28,741 bases of DNA from Fibrobacteria bacterium (GTDB lineage: Bacteria; Fibrobacterota; Fibrobacteria; UBA11236), in NCBI GenBank assembly GCA_043732185.1, contig JAYTHY010000086.1:1-28741 (forward strand), given 5' to 3'. The position numbers were made by a program, and so were the translations under genes. Positions 26,136-28,741 of the stretch are shown here, piece after piece. Each line of letters starts with the position of its first letter. Position 1 is the first letter of the stretch. The notes under the pieces are model-generated. The model saw nothing but the letters and a program-made list of their open reading frames with translations. It ran no database searches and had not been told where the DNA came from.

Positions 26136-26157
26136 AAAGTGGACACAAAGTGGACAC
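26136..26157 (+). repeat. Perfect 11-bp tandem repeat AAAGTGGACAC x2 (candidate integrase arm-type sites)
   Basis: Seen directly. It shares the GGACAC core with 25537-25560. Confidence 0.7.
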
Positions 26158-26171
26158 CCCATAACATGTTT

Positions 26172-26192
26172 AACCGGGTGCCTTGGGCAGGT
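26172..26192 (+). repeat. Copy 2 of 21-bp motif AACYGGGTGCCTTGGGCAGGT
   Basis: 20/21 identical to 25569-25589. Confidence 0.85.
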
Positions 26193-26439
26193 ATTTTGTT
26201 GAACCTTAATTTGTCTAGGTGAGGCCATTTTTGGCGGCATTCGGTTCCAATAGACCAATAGGGACATTCCTGCCTTTGCCCTTTGACTCCGGCCCAAATC
26301 AGTTCTGGTCGGAATTAAATCCGTGGGGACAGTTTTTGTCCACGATTTGAGATTACACTTGGAAACCAGTTTCGACCTACTTGGCTGGGATAAGCGTTTA
26401 GGTGCGCATCTACATTGTAACTGGATTGAGAGGAACAAA

Positions 26440-28110
26440 TTGAACAATTCTTTATTGGTTGGGTTAGGACTTGGGATTATTCTAGGGGCAGTCATTGCCT
26501 GGCTTTATAAAACCCTTAGTATGTCTAGGAACTTTGTCTCAATCAAAGAGTTTGATAGAGCAAATTCAGCGTTAATAGAAGCGAGCCGTGGTTTAGGCGT
26601 TGAAGCAGAAAGGTCAATCCAACTAAACGCTCAATTAGAAGCGAAAACAGGGGAGTGTCTTAGTGCTGGGGAAGCAAAAAATATTGCCAATATTGCTCTT
26701 TCTAGGAAAACGGCCGAGCACGAAGGGGTGAAGGAAGCCTTTGATGAACTTTCTAAACGATATGAAGATTTATCCAATCAATTGGCTGCCAAGGTTACTG
26801 CTTTCGATTCCTCAATGAATTTATTAGCAACGGCGATAGCTGAACGAGACAGCTTTTCTCGGGAGTTGAAGCAGAAGGAAATAGATCTTTCCTCCGCTAA
26901 AAATAGCCACCTTGAGGAAATGAATCGGGCCAACAACTTGAATAAGGAATGTGCTATCCTTGAAGAACAGGTAAAGTCCCATTCGAAAAACCTGGAAGCG
27001 CAAAAGGGCGAGATCGAACGCATTCAGAAGGAACTCAAAAATGAATTTCAAGTTGTAGCCAACGCCTTACTTGAGGAGAAGGCCGCCAAATTCACCCAGT
27101 TTAATAAGGATTCAATTGAAGCGCTGCTTAAACCTTTAGGGGAAAATATCCAGGGCTTCAGAACCAAGGTGGAGGAAGTATATGATAAAGAATCGAAGGA
27201 GCGGTTCTCCCTTGGTAGTGAGGTCCAGAAATTAGTAGCCATGAATCAGAAACTTAGTGAAGAAGCCAATAGCCTTGCCACTGCCTTAAAGGGAAACTCT
27301 AAAATTCAGGGTGACTGGGGGCAGATGATTCTGGAAAATATCCTTGAACGGTCAGGATTGGCGAAGGGTCGCGATTATGCCGTGCAGGAGTTTTTAAAAG
27401 ATGCTGATGGCAATTATTTGAAAAATGACGAAGGTACCAAAATGCAGCCCGATGTGGTTGTTTCCTATCCAGACAACCGGAAGGTATTGATAGATGCCAA
27501 GGCGTCCCTGACTGCATATGTCCGGTATACCGAAGCAGAATCCTCTGAAGAAAAGCTTGCCGCTTTGGCGGACCATATGCGGTCAATTAAACGACACATT
27601 GATGAGTTGTCTCTAAAATCCTACCAGGACCATGCGGCTTCATTGGATTTCGTAATGATGTTTATCCCGAACGAACCGGCCTATGGAGTGGCCATGTCGG
27701 AAGATCCGGATCTTTGGCATTATGCTTATGGAAAAAAGGTGATCCTGATAAACCCGACAAACTTGATTGTCGCATTAAAAATGACTTCGGATATTTGGAG
27801 AAGGGAAAACCAGTTTCAAAATCATATAGAAATTGCCAAACGGGGCGGCCTGTTATATGAAAAGTTCGTTTCGTTTTTGGAAACAATGAAGGGTATCGGA
27901 GCAAACCTGAAGAGTGCCTCGGCTAACTACGATAAGGCATTCAATCAACTTTCTGAGGGTTCTGGAAACCTGGTTCGACAGGCCGAGATGCTACGAGAAT
28001 TGGGCGTGAAGCCGAAGAAGAATATTCCCCTTGACCTTTTGGCGCGAGCGGGTGCTAATGAACTGGATGGTTTCGGTGATGAAGAACCAGAGCTGTTCCC
28101 CTCATCATGA
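26440..28110 (+). CDS. rmuC: DNA recombination protein RmuC family (TM anchor, coiled coil, PD-(D/E)xK nuclease domain)
   Basis: Motifs LLKPL...FRTKVEE, LSEEANSLATALKG-SKIQGDWG-MILENILERSGL, QPDVVV-YPD...IDAK, SLDFVMMFIPNE and LLYEKF. The likely start is TTG 26440 (GAGGA RBS, then a TM helix). Confidence 0.92.
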   Translation: MNNSLLVGLGLGIILGAVIAWLYKTLSMSRNFVSIKEFDRANSALIEASRGLGVEAERSIQLNAQLEAKTGECLSAGEAKNIANIALSRKTAEHEGVKEAFDELSKRYEDLSNQLAAKVTAFDSSMNLLATAIAERDSFSRELKQKEIDLSSAKNSHLEEMNRANNLNKECAILEEQVKSHSKNLEAQKGEIERIQKELKNEFQVVANALLEEKAAKFTQFNKDSIEALLKPLGENIQGFRTKVEEVYDKESKERFSLGSEVQKLVAMNQKLSEEANSLATALKGNSKIQGDWGQMILENILERSGLAKGRDYAVQEFLKDADGNYLKNDEGTKMQPDVVVSYPDNRKVLIDAKASLTAYVRYTEAESSEEKLAALADHMRSIKRHIDELSLKSYQDHAASLDFVMMFIPNEPAYGVAMSEDPDLWHYAYGKKVILINPTNLIVALKMTSDIWRRENQFQNHIEIAKRGGLLYEKFVSFLETMKGIGANLKSASANYDKAFNQLSEGSGNLVRQAEMLRELGVKPKKNIPLDLLARAGANELDGFGDEEPELFPSS

Positions 28111-28153
28111 AACTAGCAACATAAAATTACCCTTTCGATTCTATCTTTCCGCT

Positions 28154-28741
28154 ATGCAGACTAATACCCTCTTATACTCCCCCGGCCAACGCGTCCTTAT
28201 CCGCGACGCCGAATGGCGCGTACGCCGCGTGGATGCCACCACCTCCAGTCATTTTGCCCTTTCCGTCACGGGAGTTTCCGAAATCGTCCGGGGCCGCGAG
28301 GCCGTATTCTTAACCGCTGCCGAAAAAACCATCGAAGTCCTCGATCCCGCCACCACCAAGCTCGTCACCGACGACAGCCAAGGCCTGTCCCGCACCCGCC
28401 TGCACCTGGAAAGCCTGCTGCGCCAAATCCCTCCCACGGGTTATAAAATCGCCCTGGGCCACCGCGCTGCCATGGACATGCTCCCTTTCCAATTGGTGCC
28501 CACTGATTTGGCTTTGCGTCAGCCTCGCCAACGTATTCTCATAGCCGATAGCGTAGGATTAGGTAAAACCCTAGAAGCGGGCATCCTCGTTGCTGAATTA
28601 GCCCGTCGCGGCCGCGCCCAGCGCATTCTCGTGGTTACGGCCAAGAGCCTTTTGACCCAGTTTCAAAAGGAATGGTGGTCACGGTTTACCCTGCCCCTGG
28701 TTCGGCTCGATTCCATCGGCCTACAGCGAGTGCGTAATCGC
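28154..28741 (+). CDS. SNF2-family helicase (RapA/HepA- or DISARM DrmD-like), 3'-partial; absent from the ORF track
   Basis: Manual translation from ATG 28154 is open to the window end (196 codons): MQTNTLLYSPGQRVLIRDAEWRVRRVD...LPFQLVP...RQRILIADSVGLGKTLEAGILVAEL..RGRAQRILVVTAKSLLTQFQKEWWSRF. This contains SNF2 motif I (IADxVGLGKT) and motif Ia. Confidence 0.9.
   Translation, partial: MQTNTLLYSPGQRVLIRDAEWRVRRVDATTSSHFALSVTGVSEIVRGREAVFLTAAEKTIEVLDPATTKLVTDDSQGLSRTRLHLESLLRQIPPTGYKIALGHRAAMDMLPFQLVPTDLALRQPRQRILIADSVGLGKTLEAGILVAELARRGRAQRILVVTAKSLLTQFQKEWWSRFTLPLVRLDSIGLQRVRNR

Larger units (their letters stand above)
25414..28741. mobile_element. Left end of a putative tRNA-integrated genomic island (continues beyond the window)
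   Basis: It starts at the tRNA-Gly 3' fragment and contains arm-type-like repeats, a second tRNA fragment and nuclease/helicase cargo. No integrase is visible in the window. Confidence 0.7.

Noticed and set aside
25537..26192. CRISPR array or integron attC array from the repeated 21-mer
   Set aside because: There are only two copies, 603 bp apart, with no regular spacers, no cas or intI gene, and no RYYYAAC...GTTRRRY attC structure.
25935..26495. ORFs 25935-26222 (+) and 26082-26495 (-), and the 26323 start for RmuC
   Set aside because: They run across the tRNA fragment, hairpin and repeats, have no protein-like features, and RmuC has a better RBS-supported start at 26440.
28213..28531. ORF-track ORFs 28213-28446 (+), 28249-28437 (-) and 28310-28531 (-)
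   Set aside because: These are shadow frames of the SNF2 helicase starting at 28154.

Overview
Bacterial genomic window. A Fibrobacterota-like origin is inferred from the style of the secreted proteins and their basic C-terminal tails, not proven. 1-11.8 kb looks like core chromosome: a C39-peptidase/TPR protein, a lipoprotein, an ABC-2 exporter, a catalytically degenerate patatin/outer-membrane protein, moaA, an AT-hook protein and a Ski2-like DUF3516 helicase. 11.8-25.3 kb is a run of secreted or envelope proteins: a putative beta-barrel, an LVIVD propeller + hypothetical + multicopper oxidase operon, a twin beta-helix protein, a tandem discoidin protein, a GH26 lipoprotein and a malectin protein, plus an amidohydrolase pseudogene with internal deletions. 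From about 25.37 kb the window enters an integrative element. Its edge is a 48-bp 3' fragment of tRNA-Gly(GCC) on the minus strand, with the host terminator. About 570 bp inside lies a second, oppositely oriented 3' fragment of tRNA-Ile(GAT). Each fragment is followed by tandem GGACAC repeats and the same 17-bp motif, suggesting two stacked or nested element ends. The cargo starts with RmuC and a truncated SNF2 (DrmD/RapA-like) helicase that the ORF track missed. Six genes share a TAnnTT-N6/7-ATG start signature suggesting leaderless mRNAs.
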